The notes beneath the pieces were generated by a model, which had not been told where the DNA came from, ran no database searches, and saw only the letters and a program-made list of their open reading frames with translations. The position numbers and the translations under genes are program-made. This document shows positions 44,992 to 55,272 of a stretch of 64,000 nt of DNA, in pieces. The DNA is from Melioribacteraceae bacterium (GTDB lineage Bacteria; Bacteroidota; Ignavibacteria; Ignavibacteriales; Melioribacteraceae). Location of the stretch: positions 589,511 to 653,510 of the forward strand of contig CP129490.1 of assembly GCA_030584085.1 (NCBI GenBank). The letters are read 5' to 3'. The first letter of the stretch is position 1. Every line of letters begins with the position of its first letter.

Positions 44992-47058
44992 ATGCTAAAC
45001 AAATTAAACAATCTGAAATTTGTTAGAAAAATTCAAATTGGATTTTTGATTATCGCGGTTATATCAACATTTATTGCATTGAATGATTATGTGCGTATAT
45101 CAGCTTTTGAAACAACCAAAGAAAATATTTTCTCGGATTATATGGAGCCGATGGTTGAACTAAAAGAGATGTACACCGAATTTCAGCAAATGCAATTTGT
45201 ACTTCTTCAATTATCAATTCCCGAATTTGCCGATGAGTTTAGTAAGAATGAACAAACCTACAGAGGTTTCAGTGCAGACTTTGATTCGTCGTTAGTTAGT
45301 CTCGGTGAAACTCAGTTCAATAATGAAGTGATTGAAACCGCTTTAACCGATATTCAATCTATCTGGCAAAATTATAAAGGATTAGTTGCCGACGGTATTA
45401 TAAGTGCCAGCGCATCTCAAATGTTTGATATGGCAGCTATTATTGCTGCAACTTCAGGCAAAGAAGTTGGTGATCAATTAGTTAAAAAGTTTGAAATGAT
45501 TGTCAAAGAACTCGATGCAACTGCTGTCGCATTAGATAATGATATGGCAGGCCAAATATCATATTCTAAAACGTCAATAGTAATTGGTATGATTGTAGGA
45601 GCTTTATTTTTCTTTTTTGCCGCTTTTTACTTAGCGCCGACAATCAGCAAACCGATTAATGAACTTAAGAACTCTGTATTGCAATTCGCAAATGGAAATT
45701 ATAATGTAAATCTGAATTTAGATAGAAAAGATGAATTTGGTGAACTTGCTGATCTGATGAACCATATGAAAGAAAAGCAGCTTGAAAAAATTCAAGCAGT
45801 TAAAAATGTTGCGGAAGGAAAACTTAATAAAGTTACTCCCGCTTCGGAACAAGATGAATTAGCATACTCAATTAATAAGCAAGTCGATATTCTTCAAAAT
45901 TTATTATTAGAAGCAGATATGCTTGTTGAAGCTAATAAAATTGGCGACCTTTCGCTTCAAGGTGATGTTTCGAAGTTCAACGGTGATTGGCAGAAATTTA
46001 TTATAGGTATAAACTCCATTCTTGATTCGATGATCGAACCGATTAGAGAAGCTACGGTTGTATTAAACGAGATTGCTCGCGGTAATCTTACCGTAAAAAT
46101 GGAGAATAATTACAAAGGTGATTATAAGTTAATCAAAGATAACATCAATGCAGTTGTTGATGCACTTAATGATATTCTATTAAAAGTAATCAGCAATTCG
46201 CACGAACTAGAAATGATGACAGGTTCTATCTATAACGGAACAGAAGAATTAGTTCATGGATCAGAAAGACAAAAGAGCCAAACTTATGAAGTAGCCTCAG
46301 CTATTGAAGAGATGACAACTACAATTCAAGATAATAGTAAGAGTGCGTTAACAACTTCACAACTTGCTGATAAAGCCGGTGAAAAGGCTAAAGAAGGTGG
46401 TAATGTTGTCACCGAAACAATTAAAGGTATTCAAAGAATTGCTGATGTTGTTTCTAAATCCGAAAAAACAATTCATGAACTTGCGAACAACACAAATAAA
46501 ATCGGTGAGATTATAAAAGTAATTAATGAAATTGCAGATCAGACAAACTTGCTTGCATTGAATGCCGCTATTGAAGCTGCGAGAGCTGGTGAACAAGGTC
46601 GTGGATTTGCAGTAGTTGCTGATGAAGTAAGAAAGCTTGCCGAAAGAACAACTAATGCAACCGAAGAAATCGAAGATATGTTAAATAGAATTCAGAAAGA
46701 TACTTCTGACGCGGTTCTTGTCATTAACGAAGGAACTAAAGAAGTTGAAACCGGGAAAAAATTAGCATATCAAGCAAATACTGCACTGGAAGAAATTATT
46801 AAAGGTGCCGATGAAGTTTCAATAACAATAAAGCATCTTGCTGCGGCAAATGAAGAACAAAGTACAACCAGCGCTGTCATTTCTCAAAATGTTGAAAGCA
46901 TAAGATTAGTAACCGAAGATTATAGTTTGCACATTAGTCAGATTAAAGATTCAGTTCGTAAACTTTCTGAATCATCAAGTGAATTAAAAGGATCCTTGAG
47001 TAAATTTAATTTATCTGAATTACGTGCCGTTGAAGAGGAAGAACTGCGTTACAATTAA
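44992..47058 (+). CDS. Methyl-accepting chemotaxis protein with periplasmic sensor and two HAMP-like units
   Basis: 688 aa, two TM helices, HAMP ([19 protein letters not shown]) and the highly conserved signalling hairpin ([38 protein letters not shown]). Confidence 0.92.
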   Translation: MLNKLNNLKFVRKIQIGFLIIAVISTFIALNDYVRISAFETTKENIFSDYMEPMVELKEMYTEFQQMQFVLLQLSIPEFADEFSKNEQTYRGFSADFDSSLVSLGETQFNNEVIETALTDIQSIWQNYKGLVADGIISASASQMFDMAAIIAATSGKEVGDQLVKKFEMIVKELDATAVALDNDMAGQISYSKTSIVIGMIVGALFFFFAAFYLAPTISKPINELKNSVLQFANGNYNVNLNLDRKDEFGELADLMNHMKEKQLEKIQAVKNVAEGKLNKVTPASEQDELAYSINKQVDILQNLLLEADMLVEANKIGDLSLQGDVSKFNGDWQKFIIGINSILDSMIEPIREATVVLNEIARGNLTVKMENNYKGDYKLIKDNINAVVDALNDILLKVISNSHELEMMTGSIYNGTEELVHGSERQKSQTYEVASAIEEMTTTIQDNSKSALTTSQLADKAGEKAKEGGNVVTETIKGIQRIADVVSKSEKTIHELANNTNKIGEIIKVINEIADQTNLLALNAAIEAARAGEQGRGFAVVADEVRKLAERTTNATEEIEDMLNRIQKDTSDAVLVINEGTKEVETGKKLAYQANTALEEIIKGADEVSITIKHLAAANEEQSTTSAVISQNVESIRLVTEDYSLHISQIKDSVRKLSESSSELKGSLSKFNLSELRAVEEEELRYN

Positions 47059-47071
47059 TTTTCCTTTACTC

Positions 47072-47122
47072 AAACCCGGACAAATATTCTTTTTCTCTAT
47101 TGTCCGGGTTTTTCCTTTTTTG
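47072..47122 (+). terminator. Rho-independent terminator after the MCP gene
   Basis: AAACCCGGACAA-16 nt loop-TTGTCCGGGTTT followed by TTCCTTTTTT. Perfect 12-bp stem. Confidence 0.8.
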
Positions 47123-47214
47123 TTGATCAACTAAGCGATACCGATACTCACTATCAGATCAATATATTCTGATTTAGTTTATTTTGTCTCAATTATTGGG
47201 TAATTTTTAGGAAA

Positions 47215-48642
47215 TTGTTTGAGACATACGTGAAAAATTCAAAGTTATCGTTCATACTAAATCAATCATTAATTCAAACAGATGTAAATCCATCCCTCCC
47301 ACTATTAGATTTCATTCGTAAAGAGAAACATTTAACCGGAACAAAGGAAGTCTGCAAAGAAGGTGACTGCGGAGCGTGCACTGTTTTGCTCGGTGAACTC
47401 GTCGAAGGAAAACTCAAATATAAAACTGTGACTTCGTGTATTTATCCGGTTGGAAATTGTCAAGGTAAACACGTTGTAACAATAGAAGGCATAAACAAAA
47501 GCGAGTTACTTCTTCAACAGCAAATTTTTGCCGATGAAAATGCTTCGCAATGCGGGTTCTGCACACCAGGATTTATAATGTCGTTTACTTTTTATCTGCT
47601 TAATAACTTCAAATATTCTCACGATGAAGCAATCAACGCAATTGCCGGAAATATTTGTCGCTGTACAGGTTATCATTCAATTATTCGTGCTGTTGATAAA
47701 GTTATAACTGAACTTAAAGATGCTAACGAATCAAGTCACATTTCATATCTAATTGAGAAAAATGTGCTGCCGAAAACATTTGTCGATATTGAAAACAGAT
47801 TGAAGGAAATAATATTAGAGCAAGTCGAAGCAAATGAGAAATCAACTATCTTTATCGGCGGCGGAAGTGATTTGTTCGTACAGAAACCGGATGATCTTTT
47901 AGAAAGAGATGCTGCTTTTCTCGAACATCAGCATTTGAATTACATTGTTGAAAATAACAATCGCATTGAACTTGGCGGCGGAACAACTTTTGAAGAATTC
48001 AAGCAATCCGAAATATTACGAAAGATTATTCCATCAATAAAAAGGGATATTGATTTAATTGCCTCCCTTCCTATTAGAAATTCTGCAACGATCGGCGGCA
48101 ACTTATCAAACGCTTCACCGATTGGAGATTTAACGCTTATTCTTCTTGCGCTAAACTCCACATTAATTTTATCCAATGGCAAATATGAAAGAGAAGTCCC
48201 ACTTTCGGAATATTACCTCGATTATAAAAAACTCAATAAAAAAGAAGATGAATTCATAAAAGCAGTTTGGTTCGAAGTTCCTCAAAACAATTTCAATTTT
48301 AGTTTTGAAAAAGTTTCTAAAAGAACTTACTTAGATATTGCATCAGTTAACACGGCAATGTTAATAGAAACCAACAGTAATAGAATAAAAAATATTTTTA
48401 TTTCTGCCGGTGGTGTTGCACCGGTTCCCAAATTATTGAAAGAGACAAATCAATATTTAATCGGCAAGGATATTTCAATCGATACAATTGATTCTGCTTT
48501 AGCAGTTATGCAAAATGAAATATCACCGATAAGCGATGTAAGAGGAAGTGCTGAGTATAAAAAAATATTGCTTGGTCAATTAGTAAAAGCACACTTTCTA
48601 AAGTTGTTCCCGCAATTAATAAACGAGAAAGAAATTGTATGA
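47215..48642 (+). CDS. xdhA: Xanthine dehydrogenase small subunit ([2Fe-2S] + FAD-binding; Rhodobacter-type XdhA)
   Basis: 475 aa. The start is uncertain (TTG 47215 or GTG 47230). Motifs: CKEGDCGACTV, CGFCTPGF, CRCTGY, FAD domain GGGSDLFVQ and RNSATIGGNLSNASPIGD, C-terminal DVRGSAEYKK. Confidence 0.85.
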   Translation: MFETYVKNSKLSFILNQSLIQTDVNPSLPLLDFIRKEKHLTGTKEVCKEGDCGACTVLLGELVEGKLKYKTVTSCIYPVGNCQGKHVVTIEGINKSELLLQQQIFADENASQCGFCTPGFIMSFTFYLLNNFKYSHDEAINAIAGNICRCTGYHSIIRAVDKVITELKDANESSHISYLIEKNVLPKTFVDIENRLKEIILEQVEANEKSTIFIGGGSDLFVQKPDDLLERDAAFLEHQHLNYIVENNNRIELGGGTTFEEFKQSEILRKIIPSIKRDIDLIASLPIRNSATIGGNLSNASPIGDLTLILLALNSTLILSNGKYEREVPLSEYYLDYKKLNKKEDEFIKAVWFEVPQNNFNFSFEKVSKRTYLDIASVNTAMLIETNSNRIKNIFISAGGVAPVPKLLKETNQYLIGKDISIDTIDSALAVMQNEISPISDVRGSAEYKKILLGQLVKAHFLKLFPQLINEKEIV

Positions 48643-50942
48643 AATCGAGTGACGTAATAAAACACGTAAAAGGGGAATCAATTTTTGTTGATGATATGCC
48701 GGTTCCGCAAGGTACATTGTATGCATCTGTTTTCGATTCAAAAATAGCACACGGTAAAATTACCAAACTCGATTTGTCGGAAACTCTCAAAGTCCCCGGT
48801 GTTGTCAAGGTTATTACTTACAAAGATATACCGGGTGAAAATCAAATCGGTAATATAATTCCCGATGAACATTTACTTGCAGAAGGCACAGTTCAATTTA
48901 TCGGCGAACCTATTGCAATAGTTATTGCTGAAACTGAAATGATTGCAAAGAAAGCTAAGAGCAAAATTAAAATTGAATATGAAGAACTAACTCCAATAAC
49001 CGATCCACGTGAAGCTTATGAAAAGGGAAGTTTAATAATCCCACCAAGAATTTTCTCCATGGGCGATGTTGAAAATTCTTTTAACGATTGTGAATATATA
49101 ATTGAAGACAGAATCGAAATAAGCGGACAAGAACATTTATATCTCGAAACACAAGGTGCTGTTGCAGTTCCGTCTGAAGGCAGAGGAATAAAAATTTATT
49201 CATCGACACAAGGTCCAACAGCAGTTCAAAGCACTGCTGCAAAAGTACTTAACTTAAAGATGCATCAAGTTGAAGTTGATGTGTTACGATTAGGCGGTGC
49301 TTTCGGTGGTAAAGAAGATCAAGCAACTCCTTGGGCTGTGATGGCAGCACTTGGAGCAAAGTTAACTAATAAACCGGTCAAGTTGATACTTCACCGCCAC
49401 GACGATTTAAGAATGACGGGCAAACGTCATCCTTACTCTGCCGATTATAAAATTGGTCTATCAAAAGATTATAAAATTTTAGCATACGAAGTTACATTCT
49501 ATCAAAATGCCGGAGCCGCAGCTGATCTTTCTCCCGCAGTTTTGGAAAGAACATTATTTCATACTACAAATAGTTACTTCATACCAAACGTTAAAGCTAC
49601 TGCAATTTCGTGCAAAACAAATCTTCCGCCTAACACAGCATTCAGAGGATTCGGCGGACCGCAAGGTATGTTCGTGATTGAATCTGCTATTCATAAAGCC
49701 GCGAATAAAATTGGAATTGAGCCGTACATAATTCAAAAGAAAAATTTACTCGCAGAAGGAAACAAATTTTACTACGGTCAGATTGCTGAAAGGGTTAATG
49801 CTTCGAGATGTTGGAACAAAGCTGAAACAAAATATTCATTTGATACGATAAAAAGTTCAGTCGAAGAGTTTAATAAACACAATACCTTAAAGAAAAAAGG
49901 TGTTTCGTTTATGCCGGTTTGTTTCGGTATCTCATTCACAAATACTATGATGAACCAAGCCAGCGCTTTAGTTCATATTTACACTGATGGTTCTGTTTCG
50001 GTGAGTACTGCCGCAGTTGAAATGGGACAAGGCGTAAACGAAAAGATGATAAATATTGCTTCAAAAGTTTTTTCGATTGATAAAGCTAAAGTAAAAGTCG
50101 AATCGACAAACACAACCAGAGTTGCAAACACTTCGCCGACTGCAGCAAGCAGTGCTGCCGATCTTAATGGGAACGCTCTTCTTTTTGCATGCAGCAGTTT
50201 GCTTTCTCGTCTTAAAAAACACGCTGCTGATTTACTAAAGTTAGATGATGAAAATAATATCGAAATAGTTGACGGAAGAATTTTGTGCAACGGACAAGAA
50301 ACTGAACTTGATTGGAATAAATTAATTCGATCAGCAAATCAACATAGAATTAGTTTAACGGCTCAGGCGTTTTATGCAACTCCTGATATCTATTTCGACA
50401 AAAAGAAAGAACAAGGTCACCCGTTCGCTTATCACGTTTACGGAACAGCAATTACTGAAGTTACCGTTGATTGTCTGCGAGGCACTTATGAAATTGATTC
50501 AGTAAAAGTTGTTCACGATTACGGCAAGACTCTAAATCACGCAATTGATTTGGGACAGGTTGAAGGCGGGATTGTGCAAGGTATCGGCTGGATGACGGTC
50601 GAAGAACTTGTACAGGACAGTAAAGGCAGGCTTAACTCAAATTCCTTATCGACATATAAAATCCCTGATATTTATTCTGCACCAAAAATAATTGAGACAT
50701 ATTTTTTAGAAGAATCGGAAAATCCTTACGGACCTTTCAAATCAAAAGCAGTCGGTGAGCCGCCATTGATGTACGGTATTGGAGCATTTTTTGCAATTTC
50801 AAATGCTGTTAAAGCTTTCAATCCTTATGTTGATTTGAAATATTCTTCTCCGATTACACACGAGAAAACTTTGATGCAATTGTACCAAGGCAGAAAAACT
50901 GCAAAAGAAAGATCTAAAATGGCTTCTTCCGAAATAGGATAG
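48639..50942 (+). CDS. xdhB: Xanthine dehydrogenase molybdopterin-binding large subunit (XdhB)
   Basis: 767 aa. Motifs: GGAFGGKE, FRGFGGPQG, KAVGEPPLM. 4-nt overlap with xdhA. Confidence 0.88.
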   Translation: MKSSDVIKHVKGESIFVDDMPVPQGTLYASVFDSKIAHGKITKLDLSETLKVPGVVKVITYKDIPGENQIGNIIPDEHLLAEGTVQFIGEPIAIVIAETEMIAKKAKSKIKIEYEELTPITDPREAYEKGSLIIPPRIFSMGDVENSFNDCEYIIEDRIEISGQEHLYLETQGAVAVPSEGRGIKIYSSTQGPTAVQSTAAKVLNLKMHQVEVDVLRLGGAFGGKEDQATPWAVMAALGAKLTNKPVKLILHRHDDLRMTGKRHPYSADYKIGLSKDYKILAYEVTFYQNAGAAADLSPAVLERTLFHTTNSYFIPNVKATAISCKTNLPPNTAFRGFGGPQGMFVIESAIHKAANKIGIEPYIIQKKNLLAEGNKFYYGQIAERVNASRCWNKAETKYSFDTIKSSVEEFNKHNTLKKKGVSFMPVCFGISFTNTMMNQASALVHIYTDGSVSVSTAAVEMGQGVNEKMINIASKVFSIDKAKVKVESTNTTRVANTSPTAASSAADLNGNALLFACSSLLSRLKKHAADLLKLDDENNIEIVDGRILCNGQETELDWNKLIRSANQHRISLTAQAFYATPDIYFDKKKEQGHPFAYHVYGTAITEVTVDCLRGTYEIDSVKVVHDYGKTLNHAIDLGQVEGGIVQGIGWMTVEELVQDSKGRLNSNSLSTYKIPDIYSAPKIIETYFLEESENPYGPFKSKAVGEPPLMYGIGAFFAISNAVKAFNPYVDLKYSSPITHEKTLMQLYQGRKTAKERSKMASSEIG

Positions 50943-50950
50943 GTGAAAAT

Positions 50951-51913
50951 TTGAATGAAAAAAGATTCTGGCAATTTGCGAGAGATAATATAAACGAATA
51001 TGATAAAGTTCTCCTTTTAACCGTAGCTGATTCTTCAAATCATTCTCCCGGACGACAAGGATTTAAAATGTTGTTGACGCAGAGCGGTTTGACAAAAGGT
51101 ACTGTCGGCGGCGGAATTATGGAGAAACAGTTAATTGATTATGGGATTGAACTTCTTTCCAGGAAAGAAGAAAAACAAATTAAAAGATTACAACATTCTC
51201 CTAAAACAGATCTTGAAGAATCCGGCTTAATCTGCGGTGGATATCAAACAATTATTTTTTCGTTATTAGCTTCTGAAGAAATTAAGTCGATTGATAAAAT
51301 ATTAGAGAATCTCAATAAGCGTGAGAACGGTATATTGAAATTATCATATAACTTGTTTGATTATGATTCCTCCCAATCTCAAAAAGATGATTGTACTTTC
51401 AATTACGAAAATGACACTGATTATATCTACAAAGAAAATATCGGTTTTACGGATACTGCTTATATAATTGGCGGGGGACACGTTGGTTTGGCGGTTTCGC
51501 AAATTATGAAGTTCATCGGTTTTTATGTTGTTGTATTTGATCACCGCGAGGATGTTTTTACTATGAATCAAAACACTTATGCAGATGAAAAAATTATAAC
51601 CGATTATAAGGATGTAAATCAATTTATAAAAGAAGGAAGCAAATCTTATGCAATTATTGTAACACCGATGCATATGGGAGATAAAGATGCGCTCTGTTCT
51701 GTAATTAACTTGGATCTAAAATATATTGGTATGATGGGAAGCGCCCGTAAAATTAAAACTGTGTTTAACAATCTTGTCAAAGATGGAGTCGATAAAAAAC
51801 TCTTTGATAAAGTTTACACTCCAATAGGATTAGAAATTGAAGCCGAAACTCCGGAAGAAATCGCAGTAAGCATTGCAGCAGAAATAATAAGTATAAAACG
51901 GAAAACAGAATAA
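50951..51913 (+). CDS. xdhC: XdhC/CoxI-family molybdenum hydroxylase maturation protein
   Basis: 320 aa, TTG start. N-terminal XdhC_CoxI-like region (GTVGGGIME) and a C-terminal Rossmann-like domain (IIGGGHVGLAVSQ, YIGMMGSARK). Confidence 0.75.
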   Translation: MNEKRFWQFARDNINEYDKVLLLTVADSSNHSPGRQGFKMLLTQSGLTKGTVGGGIMEKQLIDYGIELLSRKEEKQIKRLQHSPKTDLEESGLICGGYQTIIFSLLASEEIKSIDKILENLNKRENGILKLSYNLFDYDSSQSQKDDCTFNYENDTDYIYKENIGFTDTAYIIGGGHVGLAVSQIMKFIGFYVVVFDHREDVFTMNQNTYADEKIITDYKDVNQFIKEGSKSYAIIVTPMHMGDKDALCSVINLDLKYIGMMGSARKIKTVFNNLVKDGVDKKLFDKVYTPIGLEIEAETPEEIAVSIAAEIISIKRKTE

Positions 51914-51918
51914 AAATT

Positions 51919-54900
51919 ATGCAAGATAAATTACACATCTACCCGCTTGAAAAAGTTTTGAAATGGATGCTGTCCGAAGAAAAAGAAGGAAGGATTTTTG
52001 GTTATTACAATGATCTTTTCTTCAAGCCGAAGTCAACCGATCCCTTCAAAGTAGAAAGATATAAACAAACTCTCGCTGCACCGCTTGGTGTTGCAGCCGG
52101 TCCGCACACACAGCTCTCGCAAAATATTGTCTTGTCTTGGTTATTCGGCGCTCGTTATATTGAGTTGAAAACCGTTCAAGTGTTTGATGAGATTGAAGTC
52201 GCAAAACCTTGTATCGATATGTATGATGAAGGTTATAACTGCGAATGGTCTCAAGAATTGAGAATTGAAGAGAGTCTCGGTCAATATATTGATGCATGGA
52301 TTTTGCTTCACATTCTCAGTGATAAACAAGAGTATGAATTTGAAACAATTTTTAATATAAGCGTTGGTTATGATCTAAAAGGAATCAAAAGCGAAAAAGT
52401 TGCTTCATTTTTGTGTAAGATGAAAGATGCTTCGAGTGAGATTGAGGAAAAAATTGAAAAATTAAAGAAGATTTATCCACGTATTACTCATATTAAAATA
52501 CCGAGCAAGATAAGCAACAATGTTACACTTTCAACAATGCACGGTTGTCCGCCTGATGAAATTGAAGCAATAGCAAAACATTTGATGAATGAATACAAAT
52601 TTCATACAGCCGTAAAATTAAATCCCACAATTCTCGGCAAAGAAAAATTAAGAGAAATCTTAAACGAAAAGCTAGGTTATAAAATAACAATTCCGGATGA
52701 AGCATTTGAACACGATTTGAAATTCAATGATGCAAAGAATCTTATAAATGAACTTCTTAATTGTGCACAAGCAAACAATGTTGAGTTTGGTTTAAAATTA
52801 ACAAACACACTTGAGTCGTTAAATCCCTCTCAAATGTTACCAAATGATCAAAAGATGGTTTATATGAGCGGTCGATCGCTTCATCCGCTCACTATTAACG
52901 TGGCCGCGTTACTTCAAAATGAATATCAAGGAAAATTAGACCTTTCATTTTCCGGTGGAGCAGATGCATTTAATTTTGCTGATATTGTTAGCTGTAACCT
53001 GACACCGGTTACCGTCTGCTCGGATTTACTGCGTCCTGGTGGTTATTCACGTCTTCGACAATATTTGTCAAACCTTCAATCAGAAATGGATAAAGCGAAT
53101 ACTTCGACTATTGACAAGTTTATCCTAAGTAAAAACAGTAAAGAAGATTTACAGTCAGCCGCACTTGAGAATTTAAATACCTATGCTGAATCGGTAATTA
53201 ATGATGGACGTTACAAAAAATCTTTTGCGAAGCATCAAAACATAAAAACAAACAGAGAGTTAACCGAACTCGATTGCATTCATCCACCTTGTGTTGAAGC
53301 CTGTGCTATTGATCAAGATGTACCGGAATATTTATATAATATCGGCAATAAAAATTATACTGCTGCATACGAAACGATTGTAAGAGAAAATCCACTGCCG
53401 AATATAACTGGAATGGTTTGCGATCATCTTTGCCAAACCAAGTGTACGCGAATGAATATCGACAATTCAATTTTGATAAGAGAGTTAAAAAGGTTTGCGG
53501 CAGAGAAAGAATCAAATCATTTTGATAAACATTCTTCAAAAATTTTGAATAAGAAAGTAGCAGTAATTGGTGCGGGTCCGTCGGGACTTTCAGCTGCATA
53601 CTTTTTAGCGTTGGAAGGTATTAACGTAGAAGTTTTCGAAGCACACGGTTTCGGCGGAGGAATGGCTTCGTCTACTATACCAAAGTTTAGAATTGACGAC
53701 AAACTTTTGGAACTCGATGTAAAAAATATTGAATCCCTCGGAGTTAAGATCCATTACAATCGCGCAATAACTAAAGATGACTTTGAAGGAATTAGAAATA
53801 AGTTTGATTTTGTTTATTTGGGAGTAGGTGCACAGAAAGGGAAGAAACTTGAAATCGAAGGTGAAGAAAATGAAAACGTTTTTGATCAAATTGAATTTTT
53901 GGAAAAGATTAAACTCGGTGAAAAAGTAAGTCTCGGTAAAAGTGCCGCAGTAATAGGCGGCGGGAACTCCGCGATGGATGCAGCACGAACAGCACAAAGA
54001 TTGGTAAACGGCGGTGAAGGCGTAACGCTGCTCTACAGAAGAACAGTCAACGAAATGCCCGCCGACAAAGAAGAAATTGAAGAATTGATTCATGAAGGAA
54101 TTAATGTTGTTGAACTAACTACACCGAAGAAAATTGAAAAAGTTGATGATAGACTTAGATTAACTTGTATAAAGATGAAACTCGGCGATGAAGACGAATC
54201 GGGAAGAAGACGCCCGGTTGAAATCCCAAACTCCGATTATGAACTGGAGTTTGATTCGATTATAACAGCAATTGGACAAGAAGTAAATTTAGATTTTCTT
54301 CCGAATAAAAAACTGGAAGTGAATTCACACACTAAAGAAACGGAAATTAAAAACGTTTTTGCCGGCGGCGATGCAGTTCGTGGAGCGGATTCATTAATCA
54401 ATGCAATTGGCGACGGCAAAGATGCAGCAAAAATAATTTTATCAAAGATTGAGCAGGAATATAAAACATTAAAACCTGATCTTGAGAAGATTGATTTAAA
54501 AAATTATCAGCATAAATTATCTCATCGAGTTTATGGAAAGGATTTACAATCTATACCATTAGAGCAGCGTAATTCATTCGATTTAGTTAACCCGGTAATG
54601 GATGAAGCAACAGCAGTTGAAGAAGCCTTACGCTGTCTTTACTGTGATGAAATATGTAATATATGCGTAAGTGTTTGCCCGAATCTCGCAAACGTTTATT
54701 ATGAAATCGCCCCTTTCAAAAAGAAATATCCTCAAATCAATTTTGAAAATGGAGATTATAAAATAACAAGTTGGGAAGAGTTTGAGGTTAATCAAAAGTA
54801 TCAGATAATTAATATAAACGATTTCTGTAATGAGTGCGGAAACTGCGATACATTTTGTCCGACCAGCGGAGCTCCTTATAAAGTAAAACCGAAATTTGCA

Positions 54901-55212
54901 TTAAGTAAAGATAGCTTTGATGAAATCAGCAAAGGATATTTCCTTGAAGGAAATAAATTAATTTATAAAGAAGATAATGAAATACACGAATTGGTTTTTA
55001 ACGATAATGAAATTCTATATAGCGATAAGTATTTTGAATCAATTTTTGATTTGGAGATGAACCCAATTAATGTTTTGAAAAAATTTGATCACAATAAACA
55101 GTTAAATACAAAAAAAATTATTGAGATGTATTATTATTTAACAAATTTAAAAGAGACATTTGTTAATCAACAATGGAACACAGATGATACAGATGCGACT
55201 GATTCTCGCTGA
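51919..55212 (+). CDS. ygfK: YgfK-like multidomain Fe-S flavoprotein (DPD/DHOD-like barrel + GltD-like FAD/NAD(P) domain + 4Fe-4S clusters)
   Basis: 1097 aa. Motifs: VAVIGAGPSGLSAAYFLALEG, AAVIGGGNSAMDAART, ferredoxin motifs CLYCDEICNICVSVCPN and CNECGNCDTFCP. Located beside an XdhD-like gene, as in E. coli. The last ~12 codons (NTDDTDATDSR) lie in an inverted repeat. Confidence 0.8.
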   Translation: MQDKLHIYPLEKVLKWMLSEEKEGRIFGYYNDLFFKPKSTDPFKVERYKQTLAAPLGVAAGPHTQLSQNIVLSWLFGARYIELKTVQVFDEIEVAKPCIDMYDEGYNCEWSQELRIEESLGQYIDAWILLHILSDKQEYEFETIFNISVGYDLKGIKSEKVASFLCKMKDASSEIEEKIEKLKKIYPRITHIKIPSKISNNVTLSTMHGCPPDEIEAIAKHLMNEYKFHTAVKLNPTILGKEKLREILNEKLGYKITIPDEAFEHDLKFNDAKNLINELLNCAQANNVEFGLKLTNTLESLNPSQMLPNDQKMVYMSGRSLHPLTINVAALLQNEYQGKLDLSFSGGADAFNFADIVSCNLTPVTVCSDLLRPGGYSRLRQYLSNLQSEMDKANTSTIDKFILSKNSKEDLQSAALENLNTYAESVINDGRYKKSFAKHQNIKTNRELTELDCIHPPCVEACAIDQDVPEYLYNIGNKNYTAAYETIVRENPLPNITGMVCDHLCQTKCTRMNIDNSILIRELKRFAAEKESNHFDKHSSKILNKKVAVIGAGPSGLSAAYFLALEGINVEVFEAHGFGGGMASSTIPKFRIDDKLLELDVKNIESLGVKIHYNRAITKDDFEGIRNKFDFVYLGVGAQKGKKLEIEGEENENVFDQIEFLEKIKLGEKVSLGKSAAVIGGGNSAMDAARTAQRLVNGGEGVTLLYRRTVNEMPADKEEIEELIHEGINVVELTTPKKIEKVDDRLRLTCIKMKLGDEDESGRRRPVEIPNSDYELEFDSIITAIGQEVNLDFLPNKKLEVNSHTKETEIKNVFAGGDAVRGADSLINAIGDGKDAAKIILSKIEQEYKTLKPDLEKIDLKNYQHKLSHRVYGKDLQSIPLEQRNSFDLVNPVMDEATAVEEALRCLYCDEICNICVSVCPNLANVYYEIAPFKKKYPQINFENGDYKITSWEEFEVNQKYQIININDFCNECGNCDTFCPTSGAPYKVKPKFALSKDSFDEISKGYFLEGNKLIYKEDNEIHELVFNDNEILYSDKYFESIFDLEMNPINVLKKFDHNKQLNTKKIIEMYYYLTNLKETFVNQQWNTDDTDATDSR

Positions 55213-55254
55213 TTTTATCTGTGAATATCAATTTATTCTGTGTCATCTGCGTTC
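55176..55254. repeat. Inverted repeat spanning the ygfK stop codon
   Basis: Left arm GAACACAGATGATACAGA (55176-55193) pairs with right arm TCTGTGTCATCTGCGTTC (55237-55254). 18 positions with one mismatch and one G-U. 43-nt spacer containing the stop at 55210-55212. Confidence 0.7.
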
Positions 55255-55272
55255 CTTTAAACGAGATTTAAA

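Noticed and set aside
47153-47173. Inverted repeat ATCAGA-N9-TCTGAT upstream of xdhA as a possible operator
   Set aside because: The arms are only 6 bp in AT-rich DNA, so a chance occurrence is likely. There is no adjacent regulator gene.
47059-47214. Looked for a purine (guanine/xanthine) riboswitch or Moco riboswitch ahead of the xdh operon
   Set aside because: I could not find the conserved three-way-junction core sequences or any convincing structure beyond the MCP terminator.
53605-54093. 162-aa minus-strand ORF, and several 60-100 aa ORFs, inside the ygfK-like gene
   Set aside because: They are antisense to a frame with strong FAD/NAD and Fe-S motifs. No independent signals (SD, promoter) were seen.
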